Positions 12,674 to 24,624 of a stretch of 64,000 nt of DNA are shown here, piece after piece. A program made the translations under genes and the position numbers. The first letter of the stretch is position 1. The number at the start of each line of letters is the position of its first letter. The DNA comes from Octopus sinensis (Eukaryota): positions 16,120,001 through 16,184,000 of the forward strand of contig NC_042998.1 in assembly GCF_006345805.1 (NCBI RefSeq). The letters run 5' to 3'. Under the pieces are notes generated by a model. The model did no database searches. It had not been told where the DNA came from and saw nothing but the letters and a program-made list of their open reading frames with translations.

Positions 12674-15473
12674 AGATAAATAAAAATATATGCATACATA
12701 CAAACATATATGTACATACCTACATCTACATGTATATATACATGCATATATAAATAATTATACGGAAGTACAGGACATCACAATAAGACGTAGAACAGAA
12801 AAAGCCAAAAAACAAAAACAAGAGAAACGGAAAACGAAAACAAATACAGGACAGGTACACAAGGACCAAACCCCCGTCATCAGCTGTCGCTAGAGGAGTC
12901 AGGCATGTTTCGAAGGCATAACAGAACACTAATCCAATAGGCCTTCCTGCGAGAGAATTAAAATAAAATTTCAAGCAGCGGGGCACAATGAGTACGAACA
13001 CAAACAAGACGTAACAATAAGACTGCAAAATTAAAATACATGTACAAAAACAAACACAAGAGGACGAACGAAAAAGCCTTTTTTCTGGCATAGACAAACA
13101 ATAAAACTGCAAAAATAAAAATACATGTACAAAAAGTACAATTAGTTACAAAACGAGAAAATAACAAGAATACTATACAGGAAATTAACCACACAAGGGG
13201 ACGAACGAAGAAGCCTTTTTGCTGGCAAGGACGAAAGTGTAGTAGCAGCGCGTGGAGGCAGTCTTTTCAATAGTGGTAACCACGTGTAAAGGAATTTTGT
13301 TTTATAGGCAAGGAAGAGGGAAGGAGGAGGGGGACACGCGGCGAAGAGAGAGGAGGGGGTGGAGAAAGATTGAAGAGGTTAAAGCAAAGGGAGAGAGTAC
13401 CGCATCTTCAATATAATAATATTAATATAAAAAAAGGGGACCAAGAAGTGGATCGGAACGACGAATCGGAACGAACCTGATGCGGGGCGCTGTCAGACAA
13501 TAAGGAGATAAATAAAAATATATGCATACATACAAACATATATGTACATACCTACATCTACATGTATATATACATGCATATATAAATAATTATACGGAAG
13601 TACAGGACATCACAATAAGACGTAGAAACAGAGACCAAAACACAAAAACAAGAAAACGGAAAACGAAAACCAAATACAGGACAGGTTACACAAGGACAAA
13701 ACCCCCGTCATCAGCTGTCGCTAGAGGAGTCAGGCATGTTTCGAAGGCATAACAGAACACTAATCCAATAGGCCTTCCTGCGAGAGAATTAAAATAAAAT
13801 TTCAAGCAGCGGGGCACAATGAGTACGAACACAAACAAGACGTAACAATAAGACTGCAAAAATAAAAATACATGTACAAAAACAAACACAAGAGACGAAC
13901 GAAAAAGCCTTTTTTCTGGCATAGACAAACAATAAAACTGCAAAAATAAAAATACATGTACAAAAAGTACAATTAGTTACAAAACGAGAAAATAACAAGA
14001 ATACTATACAGGAAATTAACCACACAAGGGGACGAACGAAGAAGCCTTTTTGCTGGCAAGGACGAAAGTGTAGTAGCAGCGCGTGGAGGCAGTCTTTTCA
14101 ATAGTGGTAACCACGTGTAAAGGAATTTTGTTTTATAGGCAAGGAAGAGGGAAGGAGGAGGGGGACACGCGGCGAAGAGAGAGGAGGAGGGGGTGGAGAA
14201 AGATTGAAGAGGTTAAAGCAAAGGGAGAGAGTACCGCATCTTCAATATAATAATATTAATATAAAAAAAGGGGACCAAGAAGTGGATCGGAACGACGAAT
14301 CGGAACGAACCTGATGCGGGGCGCTGTCAGACAATAAGGAGATAAATAAAAATATATGCATACATACAAACATATATGTACATACCTACATCTACATGTA
14401 TATATACATGCATATATAAATAATTATACGGAAGTACAGGACATCACAATAAGACGTAGAAACAGAAAAAGCCAAAAAACAAAAAACAAGAAAACGGAAA
14501 ACGAAAACCAAATACAGGACAGGTTACACAAGGACAAAACCCCCGTCATCAGCTGTCGCTAGAGGGTCAGGCATGTTTCGAAGGCATAACAGAACACTAA
14601 TCCAATAGGCCTTCCTGCGAGAGAATTAAAATAAAATTTCAAGCAGCGGGGCACAATGAGTACGAACAACAAACAGACGTAACAATAAGACTGCAAAATT
14701 AAAATACATGTACAAAAACAAACACAAGAGGACGAACGAAAAAGCCTTTTTTCTGGCATAGACAAACAATAAAACTGCAAAAATAAAAATACATGTACAA
14801 AAAGTACAATTAGTTACAAAACGAGAAAAAACAAGAATACTATACAGGAAATTAACCACACAAGGGGACGAACGAAGAAGCCTTTTTGCTGGCAAGGACG
14901 AAAGTGTAGTAGCAGCGCGTGGAGGCAGTCTTTTCAATAGTGGTAACCACGTGTAAAGGAATTTTGTTTTATAGGCAAGGAAGAGGGAAGGAGGAGGGGG
15001 ACACGGGCGAAGAGAGAGAGGAGGAGGGGGTGGAGAAAGATTGAAGAGGTTAAAGCAAAGGGAGAGAGTACCGCATCTTCAATATAATAAATTAATATAA
15101 AAAAAGGGGACCAAGAAGTGGATCGGAACGACGAATCGGAACGAAACTGATGCGGGGCGCTGTCAGACAATAAGGAGATAAATAAAAATATGCATACATA
15201 CACAAACATATATGTACATACCTACATCTACATGTATATATACATGCATATATAAATAATTATACGGAAGTACAGGACATCACAATAAGACGTAGAAACA
15301 GAAAAAGCCAAAAAACAAAAACAGAAAACGGAAAACGAAAACCAAATACAGGACAGGTTACACAAGGACAAAACCCCGTCATCAGCTGTCGCTAGAGGAG
15401 TCAGGCATGTTTCGAAGGCATAACAGAACACTAATCCAATAGGCCTTCCTGCGAGAGAATTAAATAAAATTTC
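12669..15473. repeat. Tandem array of a ~833-bp unit, 3.4 copies
   Basis: Units start TAAGGAGATAAATAAAAAT at 12669, 13501, 14335 and 15171. The last partial copy ends at AAATAAAATTTC (15473). Copies differ mainly by small indels. Confidence 0.95.
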
Positions 15474-15551
15474 ATATATATAGGGTGATTCGCTAGCCTC
15501 TGCACGCATTTGTTTTTCTCCTTGTTTTCTCTCGTGTTTCTTTTCTATGTA

Positions 15552-15589
15552 TCTTTCTGTTGAAGAGCGTAGGCTCGAAACGTAAAAGA
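15552..15589 (+). ncRNA. Minimal type I hammerhead ribozyme motif (A6U core variant)
   Basis: TCTTT-CTGTTGA-A-GAGC-GTAG-GCTC-GAA-ACGT-A-AAAGA. Stem I is a perfect 5 bp, stem II a perfect 4 bp, stem III is palindromic ACGU, triplet GUA. Lies in a short repeat (~15482-15686) with decayed copies near 22620-22760, 35070-35230 and 36255-36450. Confidence 0.65.
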
Positions 15590-15684
15590 CTTATTTTATT
15601 TATGTTCCTGAGCGCCATACTAATACAATTGTTTGTTTGTATTTCACCTGCCTTCGTCTTTGTTTATTTTTATGAAGCTTCCCG

Positions 15685-15732
<48 letters not shown>

Positions 15733-15734
15733 AA

Positions 15735-16707
15735 TAGATGTGTATACACAAAGTATAGAAGGTAGAAGATGTCTTATATAGCTACAAAACTATAAAAAAC
15801 AAACCAGCATAGTACTACAGAAATACCTACATCAAAAGTAAGGAAAACTAATACAAATAGCTACAAAACAAGAAGAAAACAAAAAGTTGTTTTCAGTTTG
15901 TAAGGAAGCTGACAAATGCAGAAAAGAATCATAGTGCCTAACATTTATGAAAAAAAATTTGAATAAAAAGAAGAAACGACAAAGCTGTAAAACAACTGAA
16001 AACTAAACTAAGACTGGAACAGCAACGTATCGTGAAAAACAATGGCAAGAAAAGAAGCTTCGTTGCAAGAACTGGATTAAAATATAGAAAAAGGACTTAG
16101 ACAATGCAAAATCCCAAAAGTGGCCGAGAAAAGCTCAGGACGCGAAACGGAGACTGACAAATGTTTAATTGCAGCACAACATCAAACCTTCCCACCAGAA
16201 ATTACCAAAACCATGTAATGAAAAGAGATACAACTAACTGCGGAATATGTGGAGATGGACAAGGAACAATAAACCATATTGTCTCTGGCTGATATGGAAT
16301 ATATTCACAGACACGACAGATATAGTCGCAGGAGTGGCTGTGTGGTAGGTAGCTTGTTTACCAACCACACGGTTCCGGGTTCAGTCCCACTGTGTGGCAC
16401 CTTGGGCAAGTGTCTTCTACTATAGTCTCGGGCCGACCAAAGCCTTGTGAGTGGATTTGGTAGACGGAAACTGAAAGAAGCCTGTCGTATATATGTATAT
16501 ATATATGCGGGTTGTGTGTTTGTGTGTCTGTGTTTGTCCCCCTAGCATTGCTTGACAACCGATGATGGTGTGCTTACGTCCCCGTCACTTAGCGGTTCGG
16601 CAAAAAGAGACCGATAGAATAAGTACTGGGCTTACAAAGAATATTTGCTCGAATAAAGGCGGTGCTCCAGCATGGCCGCAGTCAAATGACTGAAACAAGT
16701 GAAAGAG

Positions 16708-16744
<37 letters not shown>

Positions 16745-17277
16745 GGGACGTGTATACACTGGATGGTGTGCCAACACTACGGCGTAACAACAGGAAAAAA
16801 GATGGTATAGGCATATGCCAGAAAAGGTCACAGAGAATGAAGAAGCAACCGTACTTTGGGATATGCCAATACACACATATAGAGAAATTAAGGCAAATAA
16901 CATCAAGGAAAAAAATGTCTAATCGATGTATCAATGCCAACTGATGTCAATAATAAACGGAGAAACTTCCAAAATACAAAGATCTGGAAATAGAAGTAAC
17001 TCGAATGTGGAGTCTAAAAACAGAAACAATCCCTATCATAGTGGGTGCATTAGGTATGATAAAAAGAATATTCAGACAAATTGATAACAAAAAACACCAG
17101 GACTTACAACTATATATAACATACAGAAAATAGCACTACTAGACACACGTCCTACGTAAAACACTTTCAATACAGTAAAAATGAGAGAATCATAACAAAC
17201 CACTGCACATACTTAAGACTCACAGATCTACGCTCGGTAGTGCAATGATAGCACGGGATAAAAATAAGACTACAGAA
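15735..17277 (+). mobile_element. R4/Dong-clade (RLE) non-LTR retrotransposon 3' fragment, decayed, interrupted by a SINE
   Basis: Frames give IAAQHQTFP.RNYQ, the zinc knuckle CGICGDGQGTINHIVSG, LWDMPIHT and EKLPKYKDLEIEVTRMWSLKTETIPIIVGALG. The 3' end runs into (AAT)n at 17277. Confidence 0.85.
16324..16710 (+). mobile_element. tRNA-derived SINE, family 2, nested in the R4/Dong LINE
   Basis: Head GCAGGAGTGGCTGTGTGGTA...GGGTTCAGTCCC, then CACCTTGGGCAAGTGTCTT and GTAGACGGAAACTGAAAGAAG. Tail GCTCCAGCATGGCCGCAGTCAAATGACTGAAACAAG followed by (AG)n. The LINE resumes at ~16741. Confidence 0.85.
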
Positions 17278-17303
17278 TAATAATAATAATAATAATAATA
17301 ATG

Positions 17304-17334
<31 letters not shown>

Positions 17335-17390
17335 TAATAATACCAATAAAAACAATAATAATAATAATAATAATAATAACAATAATAATA

Positions 17391-18592
17391 ATCCTTTCTA
17401 CTGTAGGCACAAGGCCTTGAGATTTTTTGTGGGAAGTGTGGATTACAGCGACTCCAGCACTCGACTCCGAAAGGATGAACGTTAAAATCGATCACGGCAG
17501 AATTTGAACTCAGAACGTAGTGACGGGGAAAATACCGGTACGCATTTTGTCCAGCGTGCTAACGACTCTGCTAGTTCGCTGCCTTAATAATAACAGTAAC
17601 TACAACAACAACCACGGCAATAATAACTATTACTTAAAATTTTTGTCACAAGGGCAGCTTGGTGGACGTGGGATGGTACGGTTACATCGACGCCAGTGTT
17701 CGACTGGTACATATTTTATTGCTCCGATAGGCGAAAGGCCGCTAAGTATTTCCCCGGCTTGCTCACGACTCTAACAGCTCGCCGTCTTAATAATAACAAT
17801 AATAAGCCTAAAATTTGATTATATCGACCCCAGTGCTTCACTGGTACTTCAATTATCAAATCCGAAAAGATGAATGGCAAAGTCAATCTCTGTGGAATTT
17901 GAACTCAGAACGTAGCGGCAGACGAAATACCTATTTCTTTACTACCTACAAGAGACTAAACACAGAGAGAACAAACAAGGACAGACAAACGGATTAAGTC
18001 GATTACATCGATTCTAGTACGTAACTGGTACTTAATTTATCGACTCCGAAAGGATGAAAGGCAAAGTCGACCTCGGCGAAATTTGAACTCAGAACGTAAA
18101 AGACAGACGAAATACCGCTAAGTATTCCGCCCACCGGGCTAACGTTTCTGCCAGCTCGCCGCCTTAAGTATATATATATATTATTTTGCTGTGCGAGCGC
18201 ATAACATAGATTAGTGGAGTTCAAATTCCGCCGAGGTCGACTTTGCCTTTCATCCTTTCGGAGTCGATAAATTAAGTACCACTTACGTACTAGAATCGAA
18301 GTAATCGACTTAATCCGTTTGTCTGTCCTTGTTTGTTCTCTCTGTGTTTAGTCCCTTGTAGGTAGTAAAGAAATAGGTATTTCGTCTGCCGCTACGTTCT
18401 GAGTTCAAATTCCACAGAGATTGACTTTGCCATTCATCTTTTCGGATTTGATAATTGAAGTACCAGTGAAGCACTGGGGTCGATATAATCAAATTTTAGG
18501 CTTATTATTGTTATTATTAAGACGTACTGGTGTCAATCTAATTGACTTGCCCCCACCCCTAAAATTTCGGGCTTTGTGCCTAGAGCAGAAAA
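17391..18592. mobile_element. Cluster of family 1 SINE copies and fragments
   Basis: Minus-strand copies at ~17391-17586, ~17636-17789 and ~17810-18166 (composite); plus-strand copy at 18217-18592. Confidence 0.85.
17783..18524. repeat. 308-bp near-perfect inverted repeat with 126-bp spacer
   Basis: Arms are 17783-18090 and 18217-18524, with about 4 mismatches by eye. ORFs 17815-17997(+) and 18310-18492(-) differ by one residue. Confidence 0.95.
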
Positions 18593-18631
18593 TAATATAT
18601 ATACATAATATATGCGTTTGTGTGTGTGTGT

Positions 18632-18671
<40 letters not shown>

Positions 18672-18719
18672 AAAGGTAGACGTTTCAAAACAGAAATATA
18701 TCTAAAGCCAGAACTGTTT

Positions 18720-18755
<36 letters not shown>

Positions 18756-18838
18756 GGTCCCGGGTTGATTCGGGGTTAACCACAGTAAATAAGGTACTCA
18801 ATACATAGCAGAGTAAAATTAATTTATTATATAGAAGG

Positions 18839-18889
18839 AGCTTCTACAGGACTAGAACTGTTTCATTCAAGAGAAATCTTCAGGAAGCT
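18839..18889 (-). ncRNA. Type I hammerhead ribozyme motif with complete core and all three stems
   Basis: Minus strand: AGCTTC-CTGAAGA-TTTC-TCTT-GAAT-GAAA-CAG-TTCTAGTC-CTG-TA-GAAGCT. Stem I 6 bp, stem III 4 bp, triplet GUA. Stem II is short with U.U at 10.1/11.1. Confidence 0.75.
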
Positions 18890-20098
18890 AGTTAACAAGA
18901 ATTGTTTTGGCATTTATACATTTAGGCAGGTTTAAAGGGGTGGTGGTGGTGGACTTTTTGGGGGTAGGCATAGCGCAAAATATCATACTTTGGGGAGTGG
19001 TCAAGGAGTCAGTGATAAATTAGATAAAGGAATAAATAAAAGAATAAAAAAAATTAAAAAATATATAGAAGAATAGAGTTTTAGGTAAATAAGGAGATTC
19101 TCACTTATACCTATACACATATGTATACATATATACACACACACACATATATACATACACACATGCATACACACACACACATATATATACATACACACAT
19201 ATATATGTATATCTGTGAGAGCGTATATATAAAATACATGTGGACGCACGAAGGTAAGCATAGATGTCTCACAATGTATTTGCGTGTACGTTTGCGCGAG
19301 TCGCGTGTATATTTGTGTAGGTGTGTCTTTAAACCTATCAATGTGTGTGTCCCAGTTTTTGGAGTTAAATATGAATTAAATTCTTTCCTAATCTTAGATC
19401 AAAGAAGCAATTAATAAGGGAAGGGAATCCAATAACTTCAAACGTTCTAGTTGACTGTTATGTGGTTTCATCGAACGCAAATGGATTACAGACTTAGATG
19501 ATCTGAGCATGATTTGAACACAAGATGCAATAAATCTGAAGAAAATGCGACGAATTATTTTTGTCTGGCGCGCAACGAATTCTATCATCCCTCAAAGAAT
19601 TCTGTTATGATGTTTTAATACATATTTTGACGTCATAATTAGAAGTTGAAACAAGACAATATTTGTAGAATATTTATTTGCGACATATGATTTGTTCAAT
19701 GTTAACTTCTAGGATCTCCAGCTTACCGTGAATTCGATTGACTTTATATATTTACCAGTAATTGCACCAATTTACTGAAAATGACTGCCAGGTGAATACT
19801 TGTACCAATAATTCCGTTCGTGTGGAAGGAAAAAAAATAATAAACGGCGAAAATACATCAGAAACAGACGTAAGATTTTTTCCATCAATATCGTCAAAAT
19901 ATCTATAACAGAGGATTTCCTGACAAATATAAATCGATCTCTCACTGAATATATACAGGGAGAGATTGGATGAAATTATTTGAAGACTTTAATACATAAT
20001 AAACTTAGGCACTTCTACCCGGTGTGTACGTATCTCTAGCAAAGTATCTATTTGTTGCATACAGATAAATTATATGTGTGTATGTGTATGTATGAATG

Positions 20099-20134
<36 letters not shown>

Positions 20135-20137
<3 letters not shown>

Positions 20138-20372
20138 GATGAGTGTATTTTTACCTTGTTAACAATTAACACGAAAAAAAATATATAAATAGTTACCAGG
20201 GCAGCAAAAATCTCACAAGTAAAGGTGTTGTAACTCCTTGTTTATAAAGGTAGAAACTTCGTGTTTACGTTTATAAAATTTATTCTTTTGAATAGTATCA
20301 GTGGAATTTTCGAAACATGTGTCGAAAGTAAAAATATTTGATTACACCTGCGTTAACTCCATTTTTTTATTC
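20135..20372. repeat. Dispersed (AT)n-flanked repeat; related pieces at ~1340-1406 and 62218-62443
   Basis: 20135-20272 is the reverse complement of ~62218-62352. The terminus ACCTGCGTTAACTCCATTTT is shared by all three sites. Confidence 0.8.
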
Positions 20373-20409
<37 letters not shown>

Positions 20410-21269
20410 TGCACACACATATATAATATATTTGTATGCAACACACGCCCACACACAAACACGCATATATACACACACATACATACATATATATGTATAT
20501 ATATATATGGATATATATATATATGATATATATCATAGAAATAAGTATAATATATTTGTTATATATATATATACGTGTGCGTGATTATGTATGTATATAC
20601 GTTTAAATGTATGTATACTTACAAATGTGTTGGTGTATATACGTAAATACATACATGTGATATAAATGGAGTTTTTAAATATTTACATAGAACATAAATT
20701 TCCATCTTCTATTTTCTCAGTACATATGTCTAAGTAATCATCTTCCTCTATATCTATCTTTACAGTCTCTTTTAAATAAATATTATTATTTTGTGATTGC
20801 AATCGTCTATACACTCTACATACACACACAAACTCACACACACACACACACACACAAACACACGCGCGCGCGCACGCACACACACACACATAGGGGACCA
20901 TAATTGAGAGACCTTCCAAGGAAGGAGGCACCAGTACTGATAAACGTGCTGCCACCAATGTCGACAACGAAAAAGACGAAGGAGCTAAAAGACAGCTAAC
21001 AAATGAAAAACGAATGATGACAGATTAAAAAATGAAGAACAGATCAAAAGAAAGCCCCGAATTACGAAGAAAAGATACAAGCCGGATAGTCCATACGCGA
21101 TGGTACAAATATTTAGGAAGCGTTGACAAGTGTGTTAATTCTCCCCGCTCGTGGAATGCTGGTATGGAGATGACGGAACAAACTGCCATTTCCTACACCT
21201 AAACCCATTTCACAGACGAAAAAAAGGCAAAACTAAACGCTTCTCTCCAAAAGTACCAAAGGACAAGGA

Positions 21270-21950
21270 AAGACCTGGGTATTGACATGAGTAACGATGG
21301 GTCTTTCCATGTGCATATTACTAAATTGTTAATAATACGCATACTATTAGCCGGATAGATCCTTCGAATTTCAGAACTAGAGATCAGGAAGTCATGATGG
21401 CCCTCTGGAAAATATTTGACCTCAGCCGTTTCGATTAATGCTCCCAAATATAAATATGGTTGATACACAGTGTAAAATTAACAACAGAACACGGAGCAAT
21501 ACAGTAATGCTACACAAAAATGATTGTCGTCACAATGCGGCATGAGACTGTAAAAGTTAAGACTGTACTCCCTGGAAGGATGGAGGATAGATACGCAGGA
21601 AAATCCTAGAAGAACTTGTAGGAACAGAACGGGGCGCCACTGCATAGTACAAAAATTCTAACATTGCCGTCAGGATACAGGATTAGATCCTGCAGCAGCT
21701 TGGCCTTCACAGGCCCACAGTTCTTCACTATCTCTCACAAAGTCCGAGAGCCCCCACGTATGGTGGACGTAGGTGTCTTCAAAAGAAAACGGAACCTCAA
21801 CCTCTGAAGAGTTCCCGATGAGCCCACTTGACTGTAAGAAACAAAGATGAAGGCAGCAACATGAAACTCCCTCATTCAATAAATACCACAGATCACAGAA
21901 ATTTCAGTGCAAGTTTAACTAAGCCAACGGCAATGCCTCAGCATCGAGCT
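21270..21950 (+). mobile_element. Decayed CR1-type LINE 3' region
   Basis: Reads KDLGIDMSNDGSFHVHITKL, KLRLYSLE, TGRHCIV, AFTGPQFF, DVGVFKRK and RVPDEPT, with deletions and frameshifts. Confidence 0.75.
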
Positions 21951-22200
21951 GAAACTAGAAAATTATATATATTCATGAGGTTTGCGCATATCTATTTAAC
22001 TTTGTTTCAGCATAATTTTCTGCAGAGACCAGTGTTGATGATTTCGATCCGGGTCTGCAGCGTTCTACAGAAGAAAGAAATCGTACATAAGATTTATAAT
22101 TTTCCATTGACATTTTAACCGGTTTATTGTTCTGTATATTTTCCGGTCATTTATTGATGAATGCATATATGCAACTCCACTTCAACCCACCTCTCCCTAG

Positions 22201-22246
<46 letters not shown>

Positions 22247-22291
22247 GTAACAGGAAATGAGGAATTTCGATTATTCCCACGTCGTGAGTTG

Positions 22292-22541
22292 TAAGAAATT
22301 AAAAAAGGAACATACACGCACTTTACATAGTTTTAATATAATTTTTAATATATCGACCGGTTTCGATTTCGCTAGTCATGATATTATGGTTTACTTATGG
22401 TTTACGTATTGAAATATGGCTTACTTATTCAAATAAATAAACCATAAAATCATGAATAGCAAATGCGAAACCGGACAATATATTAAAAAAATTATATGAA
22501 AACTATGTAAATTGTGCTTATTTTCCTTTTTTAATTTCTTA
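22292..22541. repeat. Fold-back element with a degenerate HHR-like motif (GAAACCGGTC) on each arm
   Basis: ~22292-22405 is the reverse complement of ~22432-22541 (TAAGAAATTAAAAAAGGAA...TTTACATAGTTTT...CCGGTTTCG...CATGAT.TTATGGTTTA). Confidence 0.8.
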
Positions 22542-23254
22542 TATATATATAAAAGCATTTTACATATATTTATGTACACACACAGACACACACATACACA
22601 CACACACACACATTCAGGCACACTTTTTCCTCTCTCTATCTACATTTTCTCCTCATTTTTTCTGTAAAAAGCCTATGCTCGAAACATATATTACCTAATC
22701 GTCAAACTAATACGTCCTGTTTGTTGTTCACTTAGCTGTCTCTGTTTTCTTTGTATTCATGTATACAATTTTGAAGCATACATATATGTCCGATATATAG
22801 TTAAATAAATAGAAAGTCAGGCAACGAGACAGACATACAAATTGATATTTCTTTATGCACTTATGTAATGCTTTTATTTAATTATTTTTGTTGTCTTGGC
22901 ATCGGAAAGTTTTTGATAAATACATATAACGTCTTCAACTAAAGCAATAGGTAGAATTGTTTTCTGACATGTCAAAGTTAATCAGAATTCGTTGAAAATG
23001 AATGTACGTCTTCAACTGCAATGACTGAGGAATTTCAGACTCACTCTTCATCTTCTTGGAAAATGTTGTTTATTTATATACTTAAAGATATGGAACAATT
23101 ACTGAGCGCAGATTATAATATTGCTTTTCAGCAATCGGACGTTTCATTTTCTGTGCTATATATGATATGATATGATATGATATGGTATGATATGATATAT
23201 GATATGATATGATATGATATATATATATATATATATATATAAATATATATATAT

Positions 23255-24250
23255 GGAAGGCAGTGGGAATGAAACAACAGGGAGTTTGGACAAGATGGAA
23301 GAATGCGGTTGAGAAGAAAGTGACCCGGGTTGAGCTGTGGGAAGCCGAACCTCACCGCATTCCTCATCCAGGCACTGTAGGATATGCTTGCAATAGCATC
23401 AAAACTGCTCACATTGAACATAGCAGAGACACCAGCATGCGCGCTGTGTTCCATCGCCTGGAATAAGCTTTTGAGAGAAAGTTCTCCAGGTCCGCGAATC
23501 TGGTCAGTGACAGCCAGCGAGCTGGTTGGAAAGCGAGGTGTCTCCCAGAGGAAGTTGGATGCAGGGGTTTCGCAGCCTTCAGCGGTTTGGGCATCGAGAG
23601 AATGTGGAGGAAAGCTATCTGCAGTACCACCGATGTGGTAGAGAGGGCCTCAAGATGTCTATGGATCCGTGGAATAAGCTGCCGGACGAGATAGTGAAGA
23701 TGCCGACGACCGCTCGGTTCAAAGTCTCCCTTGACCACAAATGGCCTGAACTCTTTACATGAACACCACCCTGTACATAAGCGAAGCGGTTCCGACCCTC
23801 CAAGAAAACCATCGCCTTTGTCAGAGCAGGGGCACACCCAACCCCTGACAGAAAAACTTCGGTGGAATTCTAACATCTGTATGAGACTGGCAGTTACTGG
23901 TGGATCTTGAGCGTCAGCTGAAGTTCCCTGGCCACATTGTGGTCACCACCCTGCGACCAGACATTGTCTTCTTTGCTGAGTTCTCCAAGCAAGTGGTGCG
24001 GCTGGAGCTGACTGTCCCATGGGAAGATCGCCTGGAATAAGCTTTTGAGAGAAAGTTCTCCAAGTACGCGAATCTGGAGATGTCTATGGTTCAAAAGAGG
24101 AGTGCCACGGGCTAGCTAGTTGGCCATCTGGACACAAGCTGGTGTTTCTCATCATCCCCAGCTAGGTCAGCTGGAGGAGGGTAATGTTGAAAGACCCGAA
24201 ACAACGATGATACGAGGCACATCACTGTGTCCAGATACATCAGTCATCAT
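23255..24250 (+). mobile_element. HERO-like RLE non-LTR retrotransposon 3' region, internally rearranged
   Basis: Pieces read KAVGMKQQGVWTRW...AEPHRI...ETPACALCS; IAFVRAG...DWQLLVDLERQLKFPGHIVVTTLRPDIV...LELTVPWEDRLE*AFERKFSKY; GWKARCLPEEVGCRGF; and a 3' UTR-like GAAAGACCCGAAACA. Confidence 0.8.
23665..23783 (+). mobile_element. CR1-type LINE extreme 3' end embedded in the HERO-like fragment
   Basis: Reads PWNKLPDEIVKMPTTARFKVSLDHKWPELFT*, matching the WNxLP...FKxxLD terminus of CR1/L2 ORF2. Confidence 0.75.
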
Positions 24251-24264
24251 TGGGAGTGGAGCTA

Positions 24265-24460
24265 GTAGACGGAAACTGAAAAGAAGCACGTTGTAAATAT
24301 ATTCTTGTTTCAGTCATTCGACCCTAGCATTTATTCTTAGTTAGCCTAGTACTTATTCTAACGGTTCTTTTTCTCAACCGCTAAGTTACGAGGACGTAAA
24401 CACACCAGCATCCGTTGTCAAGTGGTAGTGGGGGAAGAAACACAGACACACAAATACATA
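24265..24460. mobile_element. SINE family 2 fragments
   Basis: GTAGACGGAAACTGAAAAGAAG on the plus strand, followed by the 3' half on the minus strand (CCGCTAAGTTACGAGGACGTAAACACACCAGCATC). Confidence 0.7.
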
Positions 24461-24589
24461 CATAAATACATATATATATATATATAAAGTTAATCCAAAC
24501 ATGAAAACACAAAGAGAAAACACAACAACGCGAGGACGTGGAACAAATATCGTATTATTGGACGCTCAGAAAGGAAGGGAATAAGGAGA

Positions 24590-24624
24590 GTTTAACGTTT
24601 CGAGCGGAGCTCTTCGTGGGAAAC
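24590..24624 (-). ncRNA. Minimal hammerhead-like motif (core variant CCCACGA)
   Basis: Minus strand: GTTT-CCCACGA-A-GAGC-TCC-GCTC-GAA-ACGT-T-AAAC. Stems I and II are perfect and stem III is palindromic; core positions U4 and G5 are altered. Confidence 0.5.

Noticed and set aside
12669-15473. CRISPR array or multicopy small genes in the tandem array
   Set aside because: Whole ~833-bp units repeat with no unique spacers, the ORFs change frame between copies, and the context is eukaryotic.
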